From the NCBI GenBank assembly GCA_018675685.1, contig JABGXP010000002.1, positions 14,367-78,366 of the forward strand: a DNA stretch of 64,000 nucleotides, given 5' to 3'. Numbering within the stretch: the stretch's first letter is position 1; every line of letters begins with the position of its first letter. Position numbers and translations under genes: made by a program. Below, piece after piece: positions 49,964-58,781 of this stretch. The stretch comes from a bacterium (GTDB taxonomy: Bacteria > Patescibacteriota > Minisyncoccia > Moranbacterales > DUUL01). Under the pieces are notes generated by a model. The model made no database searches and had not been told where the DNA came from. It worked only from the letters and a program-made list of their open reading frames with translations.

Positions 49964-50806
49964 ATGCATATGAAAATAAAAAGAATAGCTAAAAAGATGG
50001 AAGAGAAGAATGTTTTTGTAAAAAACAAAAAGCCAAAGCAAGCACAACAAGGGTCTGCCATTGTTTTGATGGTGCTAGTTTTAGTTAATGCACTTATTAT
50101 TGTTTCTGTGATTGCCTCAATTTCCTTGGTTGAGGGGAGAATGAGTTCTAATATTAAGAATTCAACACCAGCCTTTCAGGCTGCTGATTCAGGAATTGAA
50201 TGGGTGCTAAAGACAATCGGTGATGAAAATGATTCAAGTAAAATGATCTCAGAAGTTTTTGGGAGTTTGGCCGGTGATGGAAAATTCGATTGTCCCGCAG
50301 GAGATGTTGGGGGTGTGATTTGCGAGTTATATTTTATCCAAGCAACCGGAGAAGTTATTACCAATGAAGACACAGCAATCTTGGAAATTGATTCAGTGCG
50401 TTCAATCGGACGAAGAGGTACAGACGATCAGGCAGTTAGTCGTGCAGTTGAAGTCTCTTTGGCGATAGCAGGATGTCCAAGCGGATATGAAGAGATTTCT
50501 GATTTTTGTATTGAGGTCGATGAACACACTGACAGCGATGATAATGTAATCGAACGTTCTTTTGAGGGAGCAGCTGATTCTTGTTTTGAAGTTGATGCCA
50601 GACTTTGCACAGCCGCAGAGTGGTCATCTGCTTGCCAAATGAGCGCTGTTGTTGGACTTAATGATATGGATGATAACTGGGAGAGGGTTGATGATTTAGC
50701 AACCAAAAACAGAGCAGCCATATTCGGATTTGCTGATTGCGATGATGTTGAAGAGCAGTCGTTAAATAACACACATCGGTTCCGTTGTTGTATGAATACG
50801 AATTAA
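49964..50806 (+). CDS. PilX_N-like protein fused to a C-terminal ~110-aa 8-Cys domain (first of three paralogs)
   Basis: N-terminus QQGSAIVLMVLVLVNALIIVSVIASISLVEGRMSSNIKNSTPAFQAADSGIEWVL fits the PilX N-terminal pattern. C-terminus CPSGYEEISDFCI...ARLCTAAEWSSAC...RFRCCMNTN. Confidence 0.55.
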   Translation: MHMKIKRIAKKMEEKNVFVKNKKPKQAQQGSAIVLMVLVLVNALIIVSVIASISLVEGRMSSNIKNSTPAFQAADSGIEWVLKTIGDENDSSKMISEVFGSLAGDGKFDCPAGDVGGVICELYFIQATGEVITNEDTAILEIDSVRSIGRRGTDDQAVSRAVEVSLAIAGCPSGYEEISDFCIEVDEHTDSDDNVIERSFEGAADSCFEVDARLCTAAEWSSACQMSAVVGLNDMDDNWERVDDLATKNRAAIFGFADCDDVEEQSLNNTHRFRCCMNTN

Positions 50807-50817
50807 ATACATAAAAA

Positions 50818-51300
50818 ATGAGAAAAATTATTAGTAAAAATTTAGCGACTGCAACTTTTATTGTTTGCACCCTGTATATTGCTATTTTTGTATTTTCAAG
50901 AGTGGATTCAATCCAAAAACAAAATAATGGAAAATTAAGTGGGCAGGCGAATGCAGCCTATGAATGTGCCTCAGGATATATTGAGGTAGCCGACTTTTGC
51001 ATACAGAGCGAAACAGCGGGGGATGAAAATTGGCATGATGCAGCGTTGGCTTGCGCTCAAGATGAGGAGGCTAGACTTTGTAAAGCGCAAGAGCTTATGG
51101 CTGCTTGTCAGGCAGAGCATCAAGACGGCACTTCTTTTGACGATAATATTGATGGTGGTGGCTGGGAGTGGGCGGATGATATTGACAATCGCAATGAGGC
51201 CACTGTTATGTTTAGGAATAACAATAATTGCAAGGCAATGAATAAAAGAAATCTTTCTGGTAGTTCGAATGATTTCCGTTGTTGTAAAAATAGATATTAA
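50818..51300 (+). CDS. secreted Cys-rich protein, paralog 2 (N-terminal TM/signal plus the shared 8-Cys domain)
   Basis: CASGYIEVADFCI...ARLCKAQELMAAC...DFRCCKNRY aligns with the C-termini of the flanking genes. Confidence 0.55.
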   Translation: MRKIISKNLATATFIVCTLYIAIFVFSRVDSIQKQNNGKLSGQANAAYECASGYIEVADFCIQSETAGDENWHDAALACAQDEEARLCKAQELMAACQAEHQDGTSFDDNIDGGGWEWADDIDNRNEATVMFRNNNNCKAMNKRNLSGSSNDFRCCKNRY

Positions 51301-51302
51301 CA

Positions 51303-51821
51303 ATGAAAAAAATGCAAAAGGGAAAGAAATTGAAAAAAATATTTAAAAAAGGAGCATTGAAGATAACTGGGGTTGCGCTCATTGTTCTTGCAACAGTTGC
51401 GGTTATTGGCTTTGAGCGTTATAATAAGAACATTGGTATTGATATCAAAGCTGCTTCGGATGGATGCCCCTCTAGTGATTGGGTTCCAATTGGTGATTTT
51501 TGCATCATGGATGATTTGCTTAGTGGTGGAGCTGAAAAATGGGGTGAGTCAGTGTATAGCTGTCTCGATGAGGAAGATGCAAGACTCTGTACTGTAGGAG
51601 AATGGATGGAAGCTTGTAGATTAAACGAAGGTAATATTATATCATTGGACCACATGGAAGTTGATGGAACGGATGACTATGAATGGACTGGAGACATTGA
51701 AAATGCTGGGACCAAGAAAGCTATAACGATTGGAAAAAATGGTTGTGGTGACATTAAAAATGAAAAAATTCTTAATGAGGATCGTGACAGAAGATGTTGT
51801 ATAAATAGAGCACGAATATAG
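51303..51821 (+). CDS. secreted Cys-rich protein, paralog 3
   Basis: CPSSDWVPIGDFCI...ARLCTVGEWMEAC...RRCCINRARI. N-terminal TM (ITGVALIVLATVAVIGF). Confidence 0.55.
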   Translation: MKKMQKGKKLKKIFKKGALKITGVALIVLATVAVIGFERYNKNIGIDIKAASDGCPSSDWVPIGDFCIMDDLLSGGAEKWGESVYSCLDEEDARLCTVGEWMEACRLNEGNIISLDHMEVDGTDDYEWTGDIENAGTKKAITIGKNGCGDIKNEKILNEDRDRRCCINRARI

Positions 51822-51888
51822 AAAAACAGTAAACAAGGGAAGTAATTAAAATAAATAAAAATATGATTATAGAAGAGGAGGTGACACA

Positions 51889-52299
51889 ATGAAACAAAAT
51901 AAAGAAAAAGGATTTACGCTAGTTGAACTCTTAGTTGTGGTTGCAATTATTGGTATCTTAGCTGCGATTGTTTTGGTTAGCTTGAACAGTGCACGTGGTC
52001 GTGCAAGACTTGGTTCACTTCAAGCAACATTAGCCTCAACAACAACATTAGCAGCTTTATGTACTAATGACGGATCTAGTGTTAGTACTCCAACTTCAGC
52101 GACTGTTGGAGGTGGGGATATCTGTGACGATACTTCGATCACAGCTGAGGTTTGGCCATCACTACAAAGCCAAAGTTTAGGAGGATCAAATTCTCCTTAT
52201 TCGTATACTACAACAAGTGATACTACAGTCTCTTCTTCAGACTCTGCTGGTGTTGCTGTTACTTGTACTGTTGCGACCGGAAGTTGTATTAGAAACTAA
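51889..52299 (+). CDS. type IV pilin (prepilin-type N-terminus) with Ser/Thr-rich C-terminal half
   Basis: [26 protein letters not shown]. Strong SD GAGGAGGTGA. EVWPSLQSQ motif. S/T-rich tail (possible glycosylation). Confidence 0.8.
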   Translation: MKQNKEKGFTLVELLVVVAIIGILAAIVLVSLNSARGRARLGSLQATLASTTTLAALCTNDGSSVSTPTSATVGGGDICDDTSITAEVWPSLQSQSLGGSNSPYSYTTTSDTTVSSSDSAGVAVTCTVATGSCIRN

Positions 52300-52347
52300 T
52301 TCCGTTGCGAGTGTTTTATGCGCTATAGCGCGTAACGAAGAATTAGC

Positions 52348-52379
52348 AAAAAAGACTTCAATTGATGAGGTCTTTTTTG
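52348..52379. terminator. Rho-independent terminator closing the pilus locus
   Basis: AAAAAAGAC-TTCAATTGATGAG-GTCTTTTTT. Preceded by a 12-nt perfect palindrome GCGCTATAGCGC at 52317-52328. Confidence 0.6.
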
Positions 52380-52454
52380 TTTACAATAAATCTTTCCTGA
52401 TGTATTATTAGGGTGTCAGAGTATTTAAAAATTTAAAAATTAAAAAATTAAAAA

Positions 52455-53003
52455 ATGGTAATTTATATTTTACTGGGGATTATCGTCGTGACCGTTGTTT
52501 GGTTTATTGCTGTGTATAATGGTTTGATTAAGTTTAGAAATAGAGTTGACGAAGCCTGGAGTGATATTGGAATTCAACTAAAAAGGCGCTATGATTTGAT
52601 TCCAAATCTTATCAACACAGTAAAGGGGTATGCAAAGCACGAAAAGGAGTTAATGGAGAATGTGACTAAGGCTCGAACAGAAGCCATGGGAACGCAGAGT
52701 CCAAAAGAGAGTGCCGAAAAGGAAAATATGCTTTCTGATACATTGAAATCACTTTTTGCCGTTTCTGAGAATTATCCAGACTTGAAAGCTAATCAGAATT
52801 TTTTGGAACTCCAAAGAGAATTAACTGATACAGAGGATAAAATTCAAGCTTCTAGAAGGTTCTACAATGGAAATGTTCGAGATTTCAATACAAAATTGCA
52901 AGTTTTTCCAACGAATATGATTGCCGGGATGTTGAAATTTAATGAGTACGATTTCTTTGAAATTGAAGAAAAGGAAAAAGAGAACATAGAGGTAAAGTTT
53001 TAG
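52455..53003 (+). CDS. lemA: LemA family protein
   Basis: N-terminal TM then YNGLIKFRNRVDEAWSDIGIQLKRRYDLIPNL, the canonical LemA motif. Confidence 0.85.
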   Translation: MVIYILLGIIVVTVVWFIAVYNGLIKFRNRVDEAWSDIGIQLKRRYDLIPNLINTVKGYAKHEKELMENVTKARTEAMGTQSPKESAEKENMLSDTLKSLFAVSENYPDLKANQNFLELQRELTDTEDKIQASRRFYNGNVRDFNTKLQVFPTNMIAGMLKFNEYDFFEIEEKEKENIEVKF

Positions 53004-53023
53004 TTTTTATTTAAATAATTGTA

Positions 53024-53935
53024 ATGGCAACGTTATATACACATAAGGACAGAAATCTTCAACTGACCTGGGTTTATTTAGTTGGTTTTTTGGTTTTTGT
53101 GATTTTCGTAGGTTGGTTTTTCTCATTGGTCATGGAGAGTTCAGTGATTTTGTACGGAGCTGTTTTTTTTGCTGTTGCTATGAATTTTGTGAGTTATTGG
53201 TGGAGTGATAAAATAGTTTTGAAAATTGCTGGAGCTCAGAGAATTTCAAGAAAAACTCCAAATGAAAAGGAAATCTATCGGTTAGTGGAAAATCTATGCA
53301 TAACAGCAGGTCTTCCGACTCCAAGGATATATCTTATCCCTGATGTTGCTCCAAATGCTTTTGCTACTGGACGTGATCCAGAGCACGCTGTGATAGCTTT
53401 AACAACAGGAATAGTTGAAAGTTTAGACAAAAAGGAGTTAGAGGGAGTTATTGCGCATGAACTTTCGCACATAGGAAATAGAGATATTCTACTTAGCACG
53501 GTCGTGACTGTTCTGGTTGGTTTCGTAGCTCTTCTAGCAGACTTGTTTATACGATGGAGTTGGTTTGGAGGACGGAAGAGAGATGGAGAGGGGAATAGCC
53601 AGTTGCAACTTGTTTTGGTTGTTGTCGCAATCATTCTTGCAATCTTAGCGCCAGTAGCAGCAACTCTGATGCAGATGGCCATTTCAAGAAAAAGAGAATT
53701 TCTAGCGGATGCTGACGCTGCATTATTGACTCGCTACCCCGAAGGTTTAGCAAGCGCGTTAGAAAAAATTTCATCGCACCAAGGTGAGCTTATAAAAGCC
53801 AATAAGGCGACGGCGCATATGTACATTGCGAACCCCTTTCGCGGGAAACATGCGAAGAAAGCAACAAGATTTTTTGCGACGCACCCTGCTACTGACGAAA
53901 GGATTAAGAGATTAAGAGAAACTGAAATACAATAG
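53024..53935 (+). CDS. htpX: zinc metalloprotease HtpX (M48 family)
   Basis: HELSHI zinc-binding motif. Four TMs. Conserved lemA-htpX pairing. Confidence 0.85.
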   Translation: MATLYTHKDRNLQLTWVYLVGFLVFVIFVGWFFSLVMESSVILYGAVFFAVAMNFVSYWWSDKIVLKIAGAQRISRKTPNEKEIYRLVENLCITAGLPTPRIYLIPDVAPNAFATGRDPEHAVIALTTGIVESLDKKELEGVIAHELSHIGNRDILLSTVVTVLVGFVALLADLFIRWSWFGGRKRDGEGNSQLQLVLVVVAIILAILAPVAATLMQMAISRKREFLADADAALLTRYPEGLASALEKISSHQGELIKANKATAHMYIANPFRGKHAKKATRFFATHPATDERIKRLRETEIQ

Positions 53936-53974
53936 ATGATAGTTAATATTTTTTAAATTATTAAACATAAAAAA

Positions 53975-54316
53975 ATGAAAGACGAAAAAATAAACGAAAG
54001 TGACAAAAAGGACAATAAAACAGCAAAAGATGTGGAGGAAAATAGGGCGATAACGTTCTTAAGTTATCTTGGTTTTCTGTGTCTAATCCCATTGTTGGCA
54101 AAAAAGGAGAGTAAATTCGCTCAATTTCATGCGAAGCAAGGATTGGTACTTCTTATTGCTTGGATTATTGGTGGAATCACAATTGGAATGGGGATTGGTT
54201 TGGTGATTAATGCAGGCGTAGTCATTTTTTCAATAATAGGGCTCATTAACGTAAATGATGGAAATGTAAATGATTTGCCAATCATTGGTGATCTAGCTAA
54301 AAAAATTAATATTTAA
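53975..54316 (+). CDS. small membrane protein (two TM)
   Basis: 113 aa, K/E-rich N-terminus, two hydrophobic helices. Confidence 0.45.
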   Translation: MKDEKINESDKKDNKTAKDVEENRAITFLSYLGFLCLIPLLAKKESKFAQFHAKQGLVLLIAWIIGGITIGMGIGLVINAGVVIFSIIGLINVNDGNVNDLPIIGDLAKKINI

Positions 54317-54351
54317 GATCTGTAGTTGAAATAAAAATAAAACAAAAATAG

Positions 54352-55623
54352 ATGAAAAAGACAAAAATCGTTGCTACTATTGGACCAGCATCTGAAACAG
54401 CTCTTGTTTTGAAGAAGATGGTGTCTTCTGGCATGAACGTTTGCCGGATGAATTTTTCTCATGGAGATGCAAAATGGAACTTGCAAACAATCAAAAGGAT
54501 TCGTGCTGTCGAGAAGAAGATTAAAGGGAAAATAGGTATCTTGGCTGACATTCAAGGCCCAAGAATCAGAATTTCCAACAGAAGCACTGTATCGATTGCT
54601 GAAGGAGAATCTATTTTTATTAGTGATGGACATCATCCTCACAATGACAATTATAAAAAGCATCTGAATTTAGATTGGGTTGGTTTTTATGAACATTTGA
54701 AAAAGGGCGATGTGATTTTTATTGAAGATGGGATGATTCAGTTGGAAGTTTTGAGGGTTATAAATTATGGATGCGTTGCGAAGGTTCTTGTTGGTGGAAA
54801 AGTGAAGTCACATAAAGGTGTTAATATCCCAGCGATCTCAAGTCATTTAGGATTTTTGACATCAAAAGACTTGGCTGATCTGGAATTTATTCTTTCTCAA
54901 GACATTGATATAATTGGAGTTTCTTTTGTTGCAAGTAGAAGTGATCTTAAGAATCTTAAGCGTGTTATAGAGGGAATACTGGAAAAGAATACAAAAAAAC
55001 AAATAGGTAGAGGAAGAAAAAGGAAATTGAAAATGCCATGGATTATATCGAAAGTTGAAAGAAGGAAAGCAATGCGGAATATTGATGAGATCATTGATGA
55101 ATCCGATGGCATTATGGTTGCAAGAGGTGATTTAGCAATTGAAGCTCCCCAGGAAAAAGTTACAATTTTTCAAAAAGATATTATTAAGAAGTGTCGAAAA
55201 AAGAATAAGCCCGTAATTGTAGCAACTCAAATGATGGCTTCGATGGTCAGTAGTGCTCGTCCAACTCGAGCTGAGATTTCTGATGTGACAAATGCTGTAA
55301 TTGATAACGCTGATGCAGTCATGCTTTCTAATGAGTCTTCAGTTGGTAAATTTCCCGTCAAATCGATTGAAACAATGACTAAAATTATCACAACAGCTGA
55401 GAAATCCAGCTATAATGATGTGAGCTTGAGGAGTGTAGGGAAGCTTGCAAAAATGCTTTTTAAAGCAAAACATTCAAGAAAACGTAGTAAGATTGTGTAT
55501 GCTCAAGACATCAAAGAGGGTGTTAAATTAGCAGCATTGCGACAAGAAGATGTGAGTATTAGATTAAAAACAAGAAACGAGGATGATAAGCGAAAAGCAA
55601 CTTTAGTTTGGGGGCTCAGATAG
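54352..55623 (+). CDS. pyk: pyruvate kinase (short form, lacking C-terminal regulatory domain)
   Basis: MKKTKIVATIGPAS...MNVCRMNFSHGD N-terminus. K/MVARGDL motif. 423 aa. Confidence 0.85.
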   Translation: MKKTKIVATIGPASETALVLKKMVSSGMNVCRMNFSHGDAKWNLQTIKRIRAVEKKIKGKIGILADIQGPRIRISNRSTVSIAEGESIFISDGHHPHNDNYKKHLNLDWVGFYEHLKKGDVIFIEDGMIQLEVLRVINYGCVAKVLVGGKVKSHKGVNIPAISSHLGFLTSKDLADLEFILSQDIDIIGVSFVASRSDLKNLKRVIEGILEKNTKKQIGRGRKRKLKMPWIISKVERRKAMRNIDEIIDESDGIMVARGDLAIEAPQEKVTIFQKDIIKKCRKKNKPVIVATQMMASMVSSARPTRAEISDVTNAVIDNADAVMLSNESSVGKFPVKSIETMTKIITTAEKSSYNDVSLRSVGKLAKMLFKAKHSRKRSKIVYAQDIKEGVKLAALRQEDVSIRLKTRNEDDKRKATLVWGLR

Positions 55624-55776
55624 TATATTGTGTTATGTTTTTATATGTCAGCGTAAGAATAAAATAAATATTGAATTAATCTAGACAAGGGTTGAAATTT
55701 TGCTAGCTTGATAAAATGATGCAAAGTAGTGTAGAGTAGAAACAGGTTTTTGGAAAAAATCTGTTTCTCTTTCTTT

Positions 55777-55865
<89 letters not shown>

Positions 55866-55869
55866 ACAT

Positions 55870-55904
55870 AAAAATAGCTATAGGCTTTATGCTCATAGCT
55901 ATTT
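55870..55904 (+). terminator. Rho-independent terminator after tRNA-Ser(GGA), paralogous to the one at 35206
   Basis: AAAAATAGCTATAGGC-TTTATGC-TCATAGCTATTT. Confidence 0.7.
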
Positions 55905-56059
55905 AATTTATACTTAGCGTTGTCTTTGTTTCAAGAAATAAAAAAGACTTTTGTAGATAGGGGATATATCCATGTTTTTTGCTTTGTTTTTTGTTGTGGA
56001 CTATACTTAATATCAAGAGAGAATCATTTGTGATTTAAAAGGTTTAAATATAAAAAAAA

Positions 56060-56656
56060 ATGAAATTAACGCCAGATATTCAAAAGGCGATTGATAAGTC
56101 TGCAAAGCTTCACAATAAACAAATGCGAAGAAGCGGACAGTTGCCATATATTGTTCATCCGTATAGTGTTGGTGCGATATTATCCAACTACACTGATGAT
56201 GAGGATATTATCATTGCTGGGTTTATGCACGATGTTTTGGAGGATGTGGAAGGTTATAATGTGAGCAACTTAAGGGAAGATTTTGGAAATAAAGTCACAA
56301 ACATAGTTTTGTATATAACAGAAGACAAGAAGCCAAGCGATAGCCAGGCTACGGCTAGGAAGACCTGGAAACACAGAAAAACAAAATACATCCATGTTTT
56401 GAAAAATACAACAAATCAAAACATTCTTTTAGTTGCGTGTGCTGACAAAGTACATAATTTGCAAGCATTTCTGGAGGTATATGAAGAAGAAGGTGAGGAT
56501 ATGTGGAAAAACTTTAATGCCCCAGAACCAAGGTCCACCAGCACGATGTGGTTCCATGACGAACTCTTAAAAGTCTTTAAAAAGAACTTAAAGAGTAACA
56601 TTGTTGATGAATACGAGGAACTTGTAGCTATTGCAATGGAGAAGTTTGGTGAATAG
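56060..56656 (+). CDS. HD domain phosphohydrolase
   Basis: H...HD motif (VHPYSVG...FMHDVLED) and downstream D (CADKVHN). 198 aa. Confidence 0.6.
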   Translation: MKLTPDIQKAIDKSAKLHNKQMRRSGQLPYIVHPYSVGAILSNYTDDEDIIIAGFMHDVLEDVEGYNVSNLREDFGNKVTNIVLYITEDKKPSDSQATARKTWKHRKTKYIHVLKNTTNQNILLVACADKVHNLQAFLEVYEEEGEDMWKNFNAPEPRSTSTMWFHDELLKVFKKNLKSNIVDEYEELVAIAMEKFGE

Positions 56657-56676
56657 CTTAATAACTTTGATTTTAA

Positions 56677-58452
56677 ATGGATAAAAAGAAGCGAAAAACT
56701 AGGAAACTGGGAGTTTTTTGGAGAAACTTTTGGGAATTATTTAACAATTTTTCCTCGTCGATTAGGAAGGGTTTTGTTTTGATTGTTATCGTCGAGTTAA
56801 TGAGTGTTTTGGATCCATTTTTGTTTAAAATCGTTATCGATAAATTAACAGCTTTCGATCGTGGAGCAATTTGGTGGGTTATTGGAGCAATCTTACTGTT
56901 ATTTGTTTTCCGTCGTTTTTCTGGCTTAATTACTTACTTTAAGGACAAGCTTTTCTTTCAAATTATTTCTAAAGCGGAAAAAGAGTTTTTAGTGAATGCT
57001 CAAAAGAAAATGGTTTCACTTTCTCTGTCATATCACGAAAGAGAAGATACAGGAAATAAGATCATTAAAATTGATAAAGGTGTCCAAAAGATTTTGCAGT
57101 TATTCGAGAGTCTTTACTGGGAAGTTGTACCTGTTTTAATTAAATTAACGATCGTTTGCGGAATTCTTTTTTGGACAGACTATCGCCTTGGTGTTTCTTT
57201 TGTTATTTTTGCGCCAACTTTCATGTGGCTCGCTTTTCGAACCAATAAAGCAGTGAGACCAATGAGGGACGAAAGATATGCAAAATATGAAGAGGCCGCA
57301 GGGATAATGACGCAATCAATTATCAATATCAACACAGTAAAGTCATTTGTTCGAGAAAAATGGGAAGTTAGACAAGTGACAAGAATTAGGGAGCGGATTA
57401 AGAAGCTACAATTGATTGAATGGGGTAAAATTTTGAATTCAGGATTATTACGTCACACCATAAGTGACCTAGGAAAAGTCTCAGTTATGTTGATAGGGAC
57501 TTTTTTGGCTTGGAATTCAGCAATTACGATAGGAACTTTGATTTTTGTTGTTATGCTTTCCAATGAGGCCTATAATTACCTTTATCGACTTTCAAGATTC
57601 TATGATCGTATGGAAGAGGGAGTTATTGCTGTTAAGCGATACATGAAGTTACTAGATGAAAAGCCAGAGATTAAAAACAAGAAAAGGGGAATAAAACCAA
57701 GAAATTTAAATGGAGAAATATCTTTTTTAGATGTTAATTTTGCATATCAAGAAGCAAAAGACAGGGCACTTTGCGGTGTAAATACAAAGATTGCACCAGG
57801 AACAATGACAGCCTTAGTTGGCCCATCTGGTGGTGGAAAAACAACTTTCGCTAGAATGATATATAGACACTATGATCCACAAAAGGGAGCGGTAAAGATA
57901 GACGGAATTAATTTAAAAGATTTTGATTTGTTTACATTTAGAAAGTTCATCTCGATTGTTCCACAGGAAGTAGAAATTTTCAGTACAAATATAAGAGAAA
58001 ACATTGCCTACGCTAAGCCAACTGCAACTGACAGAGAAGTTCATAGAGCTGCACGTACTGCAAATGCTGCTGAATTTATTGAAAAACTTCCCAATAAATA
58101 TAAGACAAGAGTCGGTGAGAGAGGTGTTAAATTATCAGGAGGACAACGTCAGAGAATTGGAATTGCAAGAGCGATTTTAGCTAATCCAAAAATTTTGATT
58201 TTTGATGAGGCGACAAGTAGCCTTGATTCTCAAAGCGAAAAACTTATTCAAGAATCAATGGATAAGGTAAGTAAAGGAAGGACAGTTATTGTAATCGCAC
58301 ATCGTTTGAGCACAATTAGAAAGGCTGATCGGATTATTGTATTGGAGGACGGTATTATTGCTGAACAAGGAAGTCACAATGAACTTTCAACTCAAAAAAG
58401 TGGAATCTATGCGAAGCTTTTGAAGTTGCAGGAAATGGGGGATGTAGACTAG
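56677..58452 (+). CDS. ABC exporter, fused permease/ATPase (MsbA/lipid-multidrug exporter type)
   Basis: Six-TM N-terminal half. Walker A GPSGGGKTT, signature LSGGQRQRIGIARA, Walker B ILIFDEATSSLD. 591 aa. Confidence 0.85.
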   Translation: MDKKKRKTRKLGVFWRNFWELFNNFSSSIRKGFVLIVIVELMSVLDPFLFKIVIDKLTAFDRGAIWWVIGAILLLFVFRRFSGLITYFKDKLFFQIISKAEKEFLVNAQKKMVSLSLSYHEREDTGNKIIKIDKGVQKILQLFESLYWEVVPVLIKLTIVCGILFWTDYRLGVSFVIFAPTFMWLAFRTNKAVRPMRDERYAKYEEAAGIMTQSIININTVKSFVREKWEVRQVTRIRERIKKLQLIEWGKILNSGLLRHTISDLGKVSVMLIGTFLAWNSAITIGTLIFVVMLSNEAYNYLYRLSRFYDRMEEGVIAVKRYMKLLDEKPEIKNKKRGIKPRNLNGEISFLDVNFAYQEAKDRALCGVNTKIAPGTMTALVGPSGGGKTTFARMIYRHYDPQKGAVKIDGINLKDFDLFTFRKFISIVPQEVEIFSTNIRENIAYAKPTATDREVHRAARTANAAEFIEKLPNKYKTRVGERGVKLSGGQRQRIGIARAILANPKILIFDEATSSLDSQSEKLIQESMDKVSKGRTVIVIAHRLSTIRKADRIIVLEDGIIAEQGSHNELSTQKSGIYAKLLKLQEMGDVD

Positions 58453-58480
58453 TATCTATTTTGTTTTTAAAAAAATACTG

Positions 58481-58510
58481 GGCGGTTGGGATCTATTGAT
58501 CTCAACCGCC
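58481..58510. terminator. terminator-like hairpin between convergent genes
   Basis: GGCGGTTGGGATC-TATT-GATCTCAACCGCC 13-bp stem. A-run upstream, weak T-run downstream. Confidence 0.5.
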
Positions 58511-58534
58511 TAAATTGCGATTTCAGTTGTCATT

Positions 58535-58717
58535 TTACAATCTAATCTCCACAGGTGGTGTTATGTCAGTGAAATGGGGAGCTCCGTTGAGCATTTTTAT
58601 TTCCCGTCCCTTATTTTCTTGCCTAAGTCTCCCTATAACCTTCTTCTTTCTAGTCGTTGTCAGTCTAGGTGACTTTTCCTGATTGCCTCTACCACTTCCT
58701 GAATTACCCTTTAACAT
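58535..58717 (-). CDS. small basic protein (60 aa, MLKGNSGSGRGNQEKSPRLTTTRKKKVIGRLRQENKGREIKMLNGAPHFTDITPPVEIRL)
   Basis: Start moved to the internal ATG at 58717, preceded by SD GGAGG at -6 spacing. Followed by the 58481-58510 hairpin. No recognisable family. Confidence 0.35.
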   Translation of the reverse strand: MLKGNSGSGRGNQEKSPRLTTTRKKKVIGRLRQENKGREIKMLNGAPHFTDITPPVEIRL

Positions 58718-58781
58718 ACAGCCTCCATTGGTTAGTATTGATAAAAAGTTGACACTACAAACTATCTCTATTTTATACATA

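Noticed and set aside
55692-55717. TTGAAA ... TAAAAT promoter upstream of tRNA-Ser(GGA)
   Set aside because: The spacer is only 14 nt. An extended -10 TGaTAAAAT remains possible, but it is too weak to annotate.
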